From NCBI GenBank assembly GCA_018817595.1, contig JAHITU010000001.1, positions 32,109 to 96,108 on the forward strand: DNA of 64,000 bases, written 5' to 3'. Both the position numbers and the translations under genes were made by a program. This stretch comes from Patescibacteria group bacterium. GTDB taxonomy: Bacteria > Patescibacteriota > Minisyncoccia > Phycocordibacterales > UBA12079. Of the stretch, positions 10,388-19,922 are shown one piece after another (within the stretch, counting starts at the first letter, position 1; every line of letters begins with the position of its first letter). The notes below the pieces were generated by a model. The model did not search any database. It had not been told where the DNA came from and saw only the letters and a program-made list of their open reading frames with translations.

Positions 10388-10503
10388 CCCGTTAGAGATA
10401 GTTTGTCAAAGACAAACGTTCTCGAGTTAAGTTAATAATTTTTTGTTCCCGTTTTATCTATATTAATAATAAGTATTTATTCTCTCCAAATCTCCAACGG
10501 GAT
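10386..10503. repeat. CCCGTTAGA...TCT(A/C)ACGGG inverted-repeat element
   Basis: ends ATCCCGTTAGAGA and TCTCCAACGGGAT; related copies at 58786-58916. Confidence 0.7.
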
Positions 10504-10568
10504 TCATATCTCTATTATACCAAAAAACCCTTAAATTATAACCAATCCTATGCTAAACTAATCCCATA

Positions 10569-11117
10569 ATGAAAATACTTTTACTTACCCCTTTATATCC
10601 CCCAGAAATATCAGAGCCAGCTCCTTATATTAAAAAATTGGCAGAGCTTTTGAATGAAAAAAATATAAATACAACAATCATAACTTATTCACTTATTCCT
10701 GAAAAGATAACTGGGGTAAAAATAATCTCCATAAATAAACATCTCCCCTTATTATTAAGACTTAGTTTATTTACTATAAAATTATTTTTTGAATCCTTTA
10801 AAACAGATATTATTTATTCCCAAAATGGAGCCTCTGTAGAACTTCCGCTATTAATAATCTCTAAATTTACAAGAAAACCATACATCATCAGAAAAGGAGA
10901 TGCTTTAGCTTACGAAAAAGCTTCCCAAAATAGATATATCAAGAACATCCAAAGACTTACTTTTGGAAATGCTTACAAAATAATAAAAGAAACCCCTTTA
11001 AAGAAACCAGAACTAACACCCTTTAAAGAAGTTTCTTTGGAAGACCATAGTCGTTACAAAAATTCCTGGGAAAATCATTCTGGAATGTTAATAGAAACTT
11101 TTAAAAATGCCAAGTAA
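10569..11117 (+). CDS. GT4 N-terminal-like domain protein lacking the C-terminal sugar-nucleotide domain
   Basis: LLTPLYPPEISEPAPY parallels ITTGIYPPDIGGPATY of 9290-10387; only 182 aa. Confidence 0.6.
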   Translation: MKILLLTPLYPPEISEPAPYIKKLAELLNEKNINTTIITYSLIPEKITGVKIISINKHLPLLLRLSLFTIKLFFESFKTDIIYSQNGASVELPLLIISKFTRKPYIIRKGDALAYEKASQNRYIKNIQRLTFGNAYKIIKETPLKKPELTPFKEVSLEDHSRYKNSWENHSGMLIETFKNAK

Positions 11118-12195
11118 TGAAAATATAAAAAAGGAAATTCAAAATATCAGCCCCATTTTAAAAGAATTGGGTTATTCCCTAAACCAAACACAGCCTCACA
11201 TTATTGGAGAGAAATTGAATATGCAAGCTGTGACTACAGCCAGTGGCAAAAAATTAATTCTAGAGGGAATAAATCTAAAAAACAACGAGAAAGTAATTAT
11301 AAAAATAACTAAAGATCCTAGAGGAATTAAAGAAATTCAACATGAACATCGTTGCCGTAAAGCCTTAGAAAATATTATTTTCTCATATAATCAATTCTAC
11401 TCCCCTATAGAAATTCTTTTAACAAAAAAAGGAGATTATTTAATTTCAATTCAATCTTTCATCAAAAAAGAAAAAAACTTTATTGATTTATCATTAGAAA
11501 AACAATTTGACCTATCCCTACAAGGATTCAAAACACAAGAAGGAGCCCATGCAACTACTTACAGACATCTTAAGTCAATTGCAAAAACTTTTGGAAGAGT
11601 TAATTCTAATTGGTATATAAAATCATATAAAAGATTTCAAGAAAATATTTTAAGAAAGTTACCTCAAAATAAGGAACTTCAAACTTTGTTAGAAAAAGGT
11701 CTAAAAGAATTAGATGAAAATAAAATAATTATTGAACAGTATTGTAATTTCTTAACTCATACAGATTTTGTTCCTCATAATTTTAGAGTAGTTGATGACA
11801 AAATATATCTACTTGACCACTCAGCTATAAGATTTGGAAATAAATATGAAGGGTGGGCTCGTTTTCTTAATTTTATGACTTTGTATAATCGCCCATTAGA
11901 AGAAGCTTTAATTTTTTTTATTAAAAACAACAGAACATCAGAAGAATTTGTTTCCCTAAAAATGATGCGGATTTTCCGTCTTGGAGAAATTATTTGGTAT
12001 TATACTAATTTATTATCTAAAACATCGAGAGACTTAAATACGTTAACGAAGTCTAGAATAAAATTCTGGACAAATGTGTTGGAAGCTATTCTTCAAGATA
12101 AATTAATTTCAGAAAAAGATGTAAATGAGTATAAAAAACTTCGTGACTCTCTGAGAAGTCACGAAGAAAAAGAAAGACAAAAAGATTTACATTAA
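11107..12195 (+). CDS. kinase/phosphotransferase-like (APH-like fold) protein
   Basis: VIIK, HTDFVPHN and IYLLD catalytic-loop-like motifs. Confidence 0.6.
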   Translation: MPSNENIKKEIQNISPILKELGYSLNQTQPHIIGEKLNMQAVTTASGKKLILEGINLKNNEKVIIKITKDPRGIKEIQHEHRCRKALENIIFSYNQFYSPIEILLTKKGDYLISIQSFIKKEKNFIDLSLEKQFDLSLQGFKTQEGAHATTYRHLKSIAKTFGRVNSNWYIKSYKRFQENILRKLPQNKELQTLLEKGLKELDENKIIIEQYCNFLTHTDFVPHNFRVVDDKIYLLDHSAIRFGNKYEGWARFLNFMTLYNRPLEEALIFFIKNNRTSEEFVSLKMMRIFRLGEIIWYYTNLLSKTSRDLNTLTKSRIKFWTNVLEAILQDKLISEKDVNEYKKLRDSLRSHEEKERQKDLH

Positions 12196-12731
12196 TCTAA
12201 TTTCTTAAATTCTTTTATTAAATCTTCATATTCATTCACAAGAGGATGTTCCCATGAATCTTTTAAAGCCTGTAAAACCAATTCTTCAAACCAAATTTTC
12301 TTTTCTTTTCCACGACCAAATTTTTTCCATAAATCTTCACCTTCCTTTTTATAGGTCTCTAACATATTTCCCATATTGTGAATTTTGTCAGCCACAGAAA
12401 CAGCTTTGGTTTCAACTGAAGCTTCTTTTAAATCTTTTGCATATTGTTCCTTACGTATTTCCCATTCTAAGTCCATATCTTCTGATATAGCATCTATAAT
12501 ACTCACAACATCTTCTCCTAAATCTTTTACTAATTCTGATCTAGAAGTATCAGAATCTTCCAAAACATCGTGCACTAATCCTGCAGCAATAACTTTATCA
12601 CCAAAACCATGCTGAGCTAATTTATTAGCCACCATAAAAGGATGAATAATATAAGGAAAACCATCATTTTTTCTTTTTTGGTCTTTATGTTTAATTATTG
12701 CTATACGTCCTGCTTTTTCTATGATATTCAT
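12192..12731 (-). CDS. HD domain protein (Mesh1/SpoT hydrolase-like)
   Basis: HKDQKRK, PYIIHP, LVHDVLEDS, ADKIHN. Confidence 0.85.
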   Translation of the reverse strand: MNIIEKAGRIAIIKHKDQKRKNDGFPYIIHPFMVANKLAQHGFGDKVIAAGLVHDVLEDSDTSRSELVKDLGEDVVSIIDAISEDMDLEWEIRKEQYAKDLKEASVETKAVSVADKIHNMGNMLETYKKEGEDLWKKFGRGKEKKIWFEELVLQALKDSWEHPLVNEYEDLIKEFKKLD

Positions 12732-12737
12732 TTAATT

Positions 12738-13946
12738 TTATTTAATTACTCTATTAAATACTTTTTCTTGCATATCTTTTGCTACCATATCCCAATTAAA
12801 TTTTCGCAAAACCATTTCTCTTGCATTATTTGTTATTCGTGCAACTTTTTCAGGGTTAGCTAAAATATCTTTTACTGCTTGTGCTATTTGTTCTGGGCTA
12901 TCTACATCTACCACCCACCCTGTTTCTGTTTTGTCAGGATTATGTTTTTTATCAAATAGAAATTCTTTTATCCCTCCAGCTTGAGTAGCAATTACTGGTA
13001 ATTTTGAAGCCATAGCTGATAAGAAAGCATTCCCTAGCCCTTCTGAACGACTTGGACAAACAAAAATATCGGCAGCTTTTCGGTAATTTGTAACCACTGA
13101 ACGATCCACTTTTCCTACAAAAACAACTCTGTGTTCTAAATCTAACTCCTTGGTTAAGGTTTTTAACATATCAACTTCATCACCTCCGCCAACAATAATA
13201 AATTTTATATTTTCAGGTAATAATTTCAAAGCCTGAATAGTAATATTAGTTGCTTTTTGATAAACCAAACGAGCCGTATTTACTAAGAAAATATCGCCTT
13301 CTTTTTTACCTAATTCTTTTCTAAGATTTTCAATTTCTTGTTCATCAAAAACAGCTGCCACATCTCGTGGGTTAGCTCCGTTATGAATCAATTCTATTGG
13401 TCCCTCAAAATTTCTTTTTCTTGCCCATTCAGAAAGAAAGGTAGAAATTGATTGAATTATATCAGCACTTGTGAAGGCTCTTTTAAATAAAGGCCATAAT
13501 GGTTTCATTGTTTTTTCTATATACTCGGGAGAGTCTCCTTCTTGTAAAGTCAGGATATATGATACTTTTGGGTTAAAGATTTTAAAAATAGCAGCAGGTA
13601 CTCCAGCAGAATGAGCCATCATTGACCAAATCCCATCATATTTATATTTTCGATGTAACCACAAAGCTTTCCAAGCTGCTAAAAATTGATACAGGGGTTT
13701 GTTTATATCTAATGGTAATCTTCCCAAATCTTCAAAAGTTGGATTCTTTTTTGTTATTCCAATTCTATGTACTAAAACATTTCCAATCTTTTCTACCTTT
13801 TCAATTTTTGAATCATATCGATTAGTTACCATATGAAATTCATAGTCATCTGGTTTAATTCTATCTGTAATTTCTTTGATAGCTGCCTCTGCACCACTAG
13901 TAAATTGCGGATAATAGGAAAGTGAAAATATTAATATTTTTTTCAT
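12738..13946 (-). CDS. glycosyltransferase family 4 (start revised to MKKILIFS)
   Basis: ARLVYQK, SEGLGNAFLSAMAS. Confidence 0.88.
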   Translation of the reverse strand: MKKILIFSLSYYPQFTSGAEAAIKEITDRIKPDDYEFHMVTNRYDSKIEKVEKIGNVLVHRIGITKKNPTFEDLGRLPLDINKPLYQFLAAWKALWLHRKYKYDGIWSMMAHSAGVPAAIFKIFNPKVSYILTLQEGDSPEYIEKTMKPLWPLFKRAFTSADIIQSISTFLSEWARKRNFEGPIELIHNGANPRDVAAVFDEQEIENLRKELGKKEGDIFLVNTARLVYQKATNITIQALKLLPENIKFIIVGGGDEVDMLKTLTKELDLEHRVVFVGKVDRSVVTNYRKAADIFVCPSRSEGLGNAFLSAMASKLPVIATQAGGIKEFLFDKKHNPDKTETGWVVDVDSPEQIAQAVKDILANPEKVARITNNAREMVLRKFNWDMVAKDMQEKVFNRVIK

Positions 13947-14052
13947 TTTGATAAAATTAGTTTTTAATATATTTAAGTTTATCAGAATTTTGATAAAAAA
14001 AAAGAAGTGTAGCATCTCCAATGCTACACTCTTATAATTCAAAACAAAAAAA

Positions 14053-14664
14053 TTAATTTTTAGGAACAGGCTTGAAAAATTGTTTCATTTTTGATACCCA
14101 AACCCAATCAAAACCTGTAGTAATGTTACATTCCTCTTCATAAATGCTTGTCTCTACCAAAGAAATTCCTTGCGTAAGAGATGTTGTAAATTTATGGAAA
14201 GAATAAACATTGTTTATTCCAGGATAATTTTTACTTTCTCCTTCTCTTTCCCAGGATTCTTCTTGAATGGGAAAAAGAGGAGCTCCAGTCCAGATATTTT
14301 GGGGCAACTCTTCTAACATGGCTCGACAAGCGGCTAAAGGGATCGTCTCATACGTTGGAACAGTTTCTCCTAATGAAAAATACAAAAACCGAATTGATTT
14401 TGTATCATTGTTACCGTGTTTGATCTGGTATTTTTCCCGAAGGATAAATTGACCACAGCAGGTATAGACAGCCAAACAGACAACATTCACAAATCGAGTT
14501 AAAACACCATTTTTAAAACCAAGAAAGAACTCACCTTTGTTAATACATTCAGACATCCTTTTTACAGAATTAGATGCACCTTTACCATACTTTTCAACAG
14601 GAACACTTTCTGAACGCAACAAATCTAACAAACAATTTTCAGTAATACTAATAATCTTTTCCAA
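14053..14664 (-). CDS. hypothetical protein, possibly Nudix-like
   Basis: AACRAMLEEL resembles the second half of a Nudix box; GAGGTG SD before a TTG start. Confidence 0.45.
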   Translation of the reverse strand: MEKIISITENCLLDLLRSESVPVEKYGKGASNSVKRMSECINKGEFFLGFKNGVLTRFVNVVCLAVYTCCGQFILREKYQIKHGNNDTKSIRFLYFSLGETVPTYETIPLAACRAMLEELPQNIWTGAPLFPIQEESWEREGESKNYPGINNVYSFHKFTTSLTQGISLVETSIYEEECNITTGFDWVWVSKMKQFFKPVPKN

Positions 14665-14748
14665 AATTCACCTCTTTTTTATTTATAGTTGATTTTAAAG
14701 TACATAATACTTTACACATTAAATCATAAAAAATATATAAGTAAAGAC

Positions 14749-15621
14749 CTATTTATTTTCTTCTTTAATAGATTTTATATAATTTCCTAGAGTTCTAGTT
14801 TGTTTCCAACCTAAAGCTTTTATTTTTTTTGAATCAACCACAGACATCAGACGACTAGTTTTTGTCTGGGGTAACATCTCAATTTCTCCATTAAACATAT
14901 TAGCTACATCTAATAAAGAATAAATCTCATCAGCACTAATTCCAAACCCGTCTCCTTCTCCTTTTTCTCCTACTAATAATATCCCTGCTATAGTGTCATC
15001 AATATGAGTAAAAGAACGAGTTTGATTTCCTGGTTCTCTTACCTGTAAAGGTTCTCTTGCTAGATATTTCTGTTTAAAAGATTCAATTACTGTTCCATAT
15101 TCTCCGACCCCTCTTTCTCCCTCTCCATAAACATTATAAAAATAAGTAACCGCATAAGGTAAGTCATACCAACGACCATAATTAACCACTAATTCAGAAT
15201 TAACAGCTTTAGCCCAAGTATAAGGGGCTAAATCTCTTCCTGTAACTCCATCTTCTCTTGGCCCAACTGATTTAGTAGAAGAGCCAGCATAAACTAATTT
15301 ACATTTATTTTTCCGCCAAAATTCTAACACAGCTAATGTTCCTTTAATATTCAAATCCCAAACTATCTCAGGTTCATTTAAAGAAGCGGCTACCCGTGAA
15401 TATTCTCCTAAATGATAAATAATATCAGGTTTAACTGTAATTAATTTTTCTATATCCTTTGTATGTCCTTCAATATATTCAGCTCCTTCAATATGATTGT
15501 CTTTTGATCCAGTAAAATAATTATCAAGTGAAATCACTCGGTTATTTTTATCTTTGACTAATTCCTCTATTAAATGGGAGCCAATGAACCCAGCTCCTCC
15601 TGTTACTAAGATTGTTTTCAT
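14749..15621 (-). CDS. NAD-dependent nucleotide-sugar epimerase/dehydratase
   Basis: TGGAGFIGS, YTWAK (YxxxK), YFYNVYG. Confidence 0.9.
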   Translation of the reverse strand: MKTILVTGGAGFIGSHLIEELVKDKNNRVISLDNYFTGSKDNHIEGAEYIEGHTKDIEKLITVKPDIIYHLGEYSRVAASLNEPEIVWDLNIKGTLAVLEFWRKNKCKLVYAGSSTKSVGPREDGVTGRDLAPYTWAKAVNSELVVNYGRWYDLPYAVTYFYNVYGEGERGVGEYGTVIESFKQKYLAREPLQVREPGNQTRSFTHIDDTIAGILLVGEKGEGDGFGISADEIYSLLDVANMFNGEIEMLPQTKTSRLMSVVDSKKIKALGWKQTRTLGNYIKSIKEENK

Positions 15622-15655
15622 GTGTTTATTGTATCAAAATACTAAGGTAATTCAA

Positions 15656-17125
15656 TTAAAAAGGTTTTTCGTTGTCCATATCTAATTTTGTGGCATAACC
15701 TACCCCTCCAACTGCTACCAAAGTAATTCCAAACAAAATAAAACTCCATTTATTTAAAGGAAATTTTGATTTTTTATCTCCTTCTTCTTTTTGTGGTCCT
15801 ATCATGTCTAAAGATTCATTTATTTTCGCTATTTGATTATTAGAACTTTCATCTAAGACAACTTCTCTAGGTTTTTCGACAGAATAAACAATTGGTTCTG
15901 GAACAATAATATTTTTTTCAAGATTATAACTTATTGTTTTTTGTTCAATGATTATTTTTTCAACATAATTAAAGGCTATCATTCCATTTGGATAAAGTAG
16001 CTGTATCTCTGAATTATCATTTGGTAATAATTTTGTAATATCAAAAGGTAATTTAATAAAAGAATTAGATAATAAAATAGTGTTTTTAGGCAAAGTAAAA
16101 TAACTATTATCAGCCTTTATTCTCCACCATGAAATATCTAAATCATTATCTGAAGAATTATGTAATTCAATAAAATTATCTTGTGATGAAATATTCACTT
16201 TTGAAATTTCTATTTCAGCAGGAACAACTTCTATTTTCATTTTATCACAAGTTGAATGTTCCCCTGAAATTACTTCCAACATTACTAAATATTCCCCTGG
16301 ATAAACATAATTATGCAAAACTTTTTGTCCTTCTTTCTTAGAACCATCACCAAAGGTCCATAGATAATAAGCATTTTTCAACGGTTCATCTTTTAAACCT
16401 AAAGCTTTACCATTTAGTTCAAAATCCGCTCCAGCAATGGGTAAATATTCTAATTCATCTATTTCTGCTTTTATATTTATCTTTACGATATCACGAGCAG
16501 AATTTGAAGGTGATGATGAACTGGTTGTTGAAGTAGTATCAACAACATTTTCATCATTAGTTGTAGAAGTAGAATTTTCTTCTATATAATTAACTTTTCC
16601 CAAGGTGGGACTAGAAGCTACCCAATTACCATTTATTTTTTGCAAAGATTTACCGTCTCCATTAGCTCCCCATTCTGATAAATAATTTACAGAATCAATA
16701 TCTAATAAATCTGAATTCCTAATTACTAAAATTTCACCTGTGTTTTTTAAAGAAAATGAAGTATCTAAAACCAAACCTGCAAAATTTGGTTGATCTTCAA
16801 AAAACTTTTCTGGATTATCAGATAAAATCGCATAACCCCCTCCATTAATAATAGTATTTCCACCCTCCAAAATAGATTTTATTTTATGATTAACTTCAGC
16901 TTCGTATAATCTATATTCACTCAAATTAACATCCTCTGTTCCTGAATTATAAACTTCAATCCATTCTCTCCCAGTGTCTCCTCCAATTTCTAAATCATAC
17001 ATTATTTCTGTAATTTCAATCTGAGCCAAAGAAACAATAGGAATAAAAAAGAAAAAGGAAAAAGCAGCTACCAAACATAGCTGTTTTTTATTTAAAATTA
17101 AATTATTCTTCAGGATGTTTAACAT
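15656..17125 (-). CDS. membrane-anchored lamin-tail domain + PKD domain surface protein
   Basis: signal peptide, IEITEIMYD...EWIEVYN, WTFGDG..HNYVYPGEY, Ser/Thr linker, C-terminal TM. Confidence 0.8.
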   Translation of the reverse strand: MLNILKNNLILNKKQLCLVAAFSFFFFIPIVSLAQIEITEIMYDLEIGGDTGREWIEVYNSGTEDVNLSEYRLYEAEVNHKIKSILEGGNTIINGGGYAILSDNPEKFFEDQPNFAGLVLDTSFSLKNTGEILVIRNSDLLDIDSVNYLSEWGANGDGKSLQKINGNWVASSPTLGKVNYIEENSTSTTNDENVVDTTSTTSSSSPSNSARDIVKINIKAEIDELEYLPIAGADFELNGKALGLKDEPLKNAYYLWTFGDGSKKEGQKVLHNYVYPGEYLVMLEVISGEHSTCDKMKIEVVPAEIEISKVNISSQDNFIELHNSSDNDLDISWWRIKADNSYFTLPKNTILLSNSFIKLPFDITKLLPNDNSEIQLLYPNGMIAFNYVEKIIIEQKTISYNLEKNIIVPEPIVYSVEKPREVVLDESSNNQIAKINESLDMIGPQKEEGDKKSKFPLNKWSFILFGITLVAVGGVGYATKLDMDNEKPF

Positions 17126-18959
17126 ATAGCATTTTTTCTAAATTTTCTCTTGAAACACCATTTTCAGGCTTTCTTTCAGGTTCTTTAGGGTAAAATATTC
17201 GAGAAGAATCTTCCTGTGATGTTTTTATTTCTGAATCTTTGGCTTTAATTTCTTCACGAATAATATTCTGGTTATTATTTTCAGACTCCTCTGTCTCTAC
17301 TTTTATTTTTCTTTGAGAAATTTCTTCTTTCCCGCCTCCTTGACGGGTCGCCGATGAGGCGGTTTCTCTTTCTTTCACTTCTTTTTCTAGACTTTTCATT
17401 GCTTCAGACAATGCCTGTTTTAATTGGTTTTTATTTTCAACCGCCACTCGAGGGGCCTTAACAAATTTTGACTTAACAAACTCTTTTTTATCATTTTTAT
17501 TCAGATCACCTAAACTAATTCTGTTACTTTTTGTTTGAGGATATATTTTTTTAGCAAAAGATTCTTCAGACGTAGAAATAATTGGCAAAACTTCATCTTT
17601 GTCATTAATCTTTCTTGTTGGAATTCTTGCTGTGCTAGGTTTTGCTTTAGCAACAGGTTTAACCTTGGTAGAATCTAGCCATTCTTCAATATTTCTTTCC
17701 ACCTCTTCTTTAGCTGCAGCAAAACTCTTTCTAGAATTTTCTAGGATTTCATTTTTATAAGAAAATTCTGGTTTAGTTATAGGTGGTAAGGTTCTTGCAG
17801 AAAAAGGCGTAGAACCGATTCCGTCAATCATCAAACGAAGATAAATTTGAGCAAAACCTAAATTAACAATATCTTCTGCTAAAAAGTTTGGAGCAAATTC
17901 TTTTTCTAATTGTTCCGCATCAGTTGCCCCCACCCTAAAAGCAATCATAGTTCCTACGTTACCAAATACTGCAGCATGCACTGTCTCTGGCATTTGTTCT
18001 ATATATTGATGAGCGATAGTTAAGTTCAATTTATATTTTCTAGCTTGAGATAAAATATCAGCGAAAGAATCATTAGCTAGGTTTTGAAATTCGTCGATAT
18101 ATAAATAAAAATTAGGGAGTTTTGCTAATTCATCACTAGAAACATCAGCACGACTCATCGCTGCTAAATAAATCTTTGTAGTTAACATTGAACCTAATAA
18201 GTTTGCGTTAGCTTCTCCAACCTGCCCAATAGAAAGATTCACTAAAAGAATCTTTTTGCTATCCAAGACATCTCTGAAATCAAAAGAAGACTTTGATTGT
18301 CCAACAATATTTCGTATTAAAGGATTAGAAGTAAATTGACCTACCTTGTTTAGAATGGCAGCATAAGCATCTTTTCTATATCTCTCGTCCCAACCAGCAA
18401 ACTCTTCAGTCCAAAAAGATTTTACTGATGAATCAGTAATATTATCCACTACTTTTTTTCGATATTTTGCATCGGTAAAGATTTTGGTCATTCCCAACAT
18501 AGTAGATCCAGGGTATTCCAAAAGGGCTAACAAAGTATTGTTGGTGATGTGTTCCATTCGGTCAGAAAAAGTATCTTCTCCCCAAATCTTTTTGAAAGCC
18601 GAAAGTAGCCCTTGAGCTACCAAGTGTCTTTTATCAGGACCAACATCTTCCATAACATTAAAAGAAATCGGGTGCTCGGTATCAAAAGGGGCAAAATAAA
18701 TCACATCCTCGATTCTCTCTTCGGGAACATAATCAAGAAATTTCTTAACTGATTGTCCGTGGGGGTCAATAAAACAAATTCCATTTCCACTTTTAATATC
18801 TTGTACTGCCATGTTTTCCAACATAGTAGATTTTCCCATACCGGTTTTACCAATCACATAGACGTGACGAGTTCTATCAGAGGCTTTAATACCAAAAGGA
18901 GTTCTTTTATTTCTACGATCTACCTCAGCAAAATATGTAATAGGATTATCATTATTCAT
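17103..18959 (-). CDS. VirB4/TraG-TraD-like (FtsK/HerA family) ATPase (start revised to MNNDNP)
   Basis: GKTGMGKS Walker A, IDPHG, LYIDEFQ, ARKY, AHQY. Confidence 0.85.
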   Translation of the reverse strand: MNNDNPITYFAEVDRRNKRTPFGIKASDRTRHVYVIGKTGMGKSTMLENMAVQDIKSGNGICFIDPHGQSVKKFLDYVPEERIEDVIYFAPFDTEHPISFNVMEDVGPDKRHLVAQGLLSAFKKIWGEDTFSDRMEHITNNTLLALLEYPGSTMLGMTKIFTDAKYRKKVVDNITDSSVKSFWTEEFAGWDERYRKDAYAAILNKVGQFTSNPLIRNIVGQSKSSFDFRDVLDSKKILLVNLSIGQVGEANANLLGSMLTTKIYLAAMSRADVSSDELAKLPNFYLYIDEFQNLANDSFADILSQARKYKLNLTIAHQYIEQMPETVHAAVFGNVGTMIAFRVGATDAEQLEKEFAPNFLAEDIVNLGFAQIYLRLMIDGIGSTPFSARTLPPITKPEFSYKNEILENSRKSFAAAKEEVERNIEEWLDSTKVKPVAKAKPSTARIPTRKINDKDEVLPIISTSEESFAKKIYPQTKSNRISLGDLNKNDKKEFVKSKFVKAPRVAVENKNQLKQALSEAMKSLEKEVKERETASSATRQGGGKEEISQRKIKVETEESENNNQNIIREEIKAKDSEIKTSQEDSSRIFYPKEPERKPENGVSRENLEKMLYVKHPEE

Positions 18960-18999
18960 TGTTGTAATTATATAAGAAAAAAGAAAAAGTTGAAAGTGA

Positions 19000-19028
19000 T
19001 TGACAAACATATTATGTTAATGTATGAT
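19000..19028 (+). promoter_or_regulatory. sigma70 promoter of the orphan gene at 19077
   Basis: TTGACA-17 nt-TATGAT. Confidence 0.65.
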
Positions 19029-19076
19029 AAAAAAAGAAATTCATTAATAAACACAAAACAAATTAGGAGGTTTAAA

Positions 19077-19484
19077 ATGGAAATTGAATTAAAACAATGG
19101 GTCAAAGGAAAAAGAACCCCATCAGATAACCCAGCAAATATACTAGCAACGGAAGACGAGACACATTTTTGTTTTGACTTCCCCCTTTCTGTTTGGTCAA
19201 ATGGTTCTACAATTTGTGTTGTCCCAAAAGATGGCACAAAAGCTGAATGGCTTGACGGCTTCAAAACAGAAATTGAAATAGTCGGTCGTTCTTCCAAAAC
19301 AGAAAGATTGGGAATGGGTTGCAACCCAAAAAACTGGAGACATTATCTCAACCCTCTGTTTATTGTGAACCAAGAGATTCTTGATTTACTTTTGAAGTTC
19401 GGAGAGGAAAACAATTTGACCAATTTAATCGAATTGGTCAAAAAAGGAAATCCTCATCCTGATTTCCCGATCAAAAGATTTTGA
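19077..19484 (+). CDS. hypothetical protein (135 aa, start revised to MEIELKQW)
   Basis: AGGAGG SD 6-7 nt before ATG; own promoter and terminator. Confidence 0.7.
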   Translation: MEIELKQWVKGKRTPSDNPANILATEDETHFCFDFPLSVWSNGSTICVVPKDGTKAEWLDGFKTEIEIVGRSSKTERLGMGCNPKNWRHYLNPLFIVNQEILDLLLKFGEENNLTNLIELVKKGNPHPDFPIKRF

Positions 19485-19492
19485 AGAATTAA

Positions 19493-19527
19493 AACCCCTG
19501 AACACAAAATACCAGTGTTCAGGGGTT
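19493..19527 (+). terminator. intrinsic terminator hairpin
   Basis: AACCCCTGAACAC / GTGTTCAGGGGTT stem followed by T-rich tract. Confidence 0.65.
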
Positions 19528-19536
19528 GATTTATTT

Positions 19537-19740
19537 CTGGACTGCTTCGCAAGCTCGCAGAGACGAATTTTGCTTTGCAAAATTCGTTAACGAAAAGCTT
19601 TGCTTTTCGTACGAACGAGACTTTGTCTCGTCCGTCTTTGCGAGGAGGTCACGACAGTCTACCCGTCCTTGCTTGCTACTGCGCACCCCTGCGCGCCGGC
19701 AGGCGTGGCCAGGCAGGGATGAGGTGGGAAGCAATCCAGA
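19537..19740. repeat. composite of REP/RPE-like palindromes
   Basis: CTGGACTGCTTCG..CTCGCAGAGACG, its inverse CGTCTTTGCGAG..GAAGCAATCCAG, and an inner CCTGCGCGCCGGCAGGCGTG. Confidence 0.75.
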
Positions 19741-19922
19741 GATTTTTACAAAAATACTCCAGTTAACTGGAATAGTTTTTCTTAATTCTTAAATCCAAAA
19801 AAAAAAATAAACTCAAAATCGGATACAGTTCAAGGAATCGAAGGAAAAAATTTTGAGTCGTACTTCAGGTACGGTGAAAAATATTTTTCTGCGGCTGACG
19901 AAGAAATGTGCCGATTTTGGGT

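Noticed and set aside
18753-19076. N-terminal 108 aa of the 243-aa ORF
   Set aside because: Antisense to the ATPase gene; the promoter and SD point to the ATG at 19077.
19526-19792. Three overlapping short ORFs
   Set aside because: They are open only because they cross GC-rich palindromic repeats.
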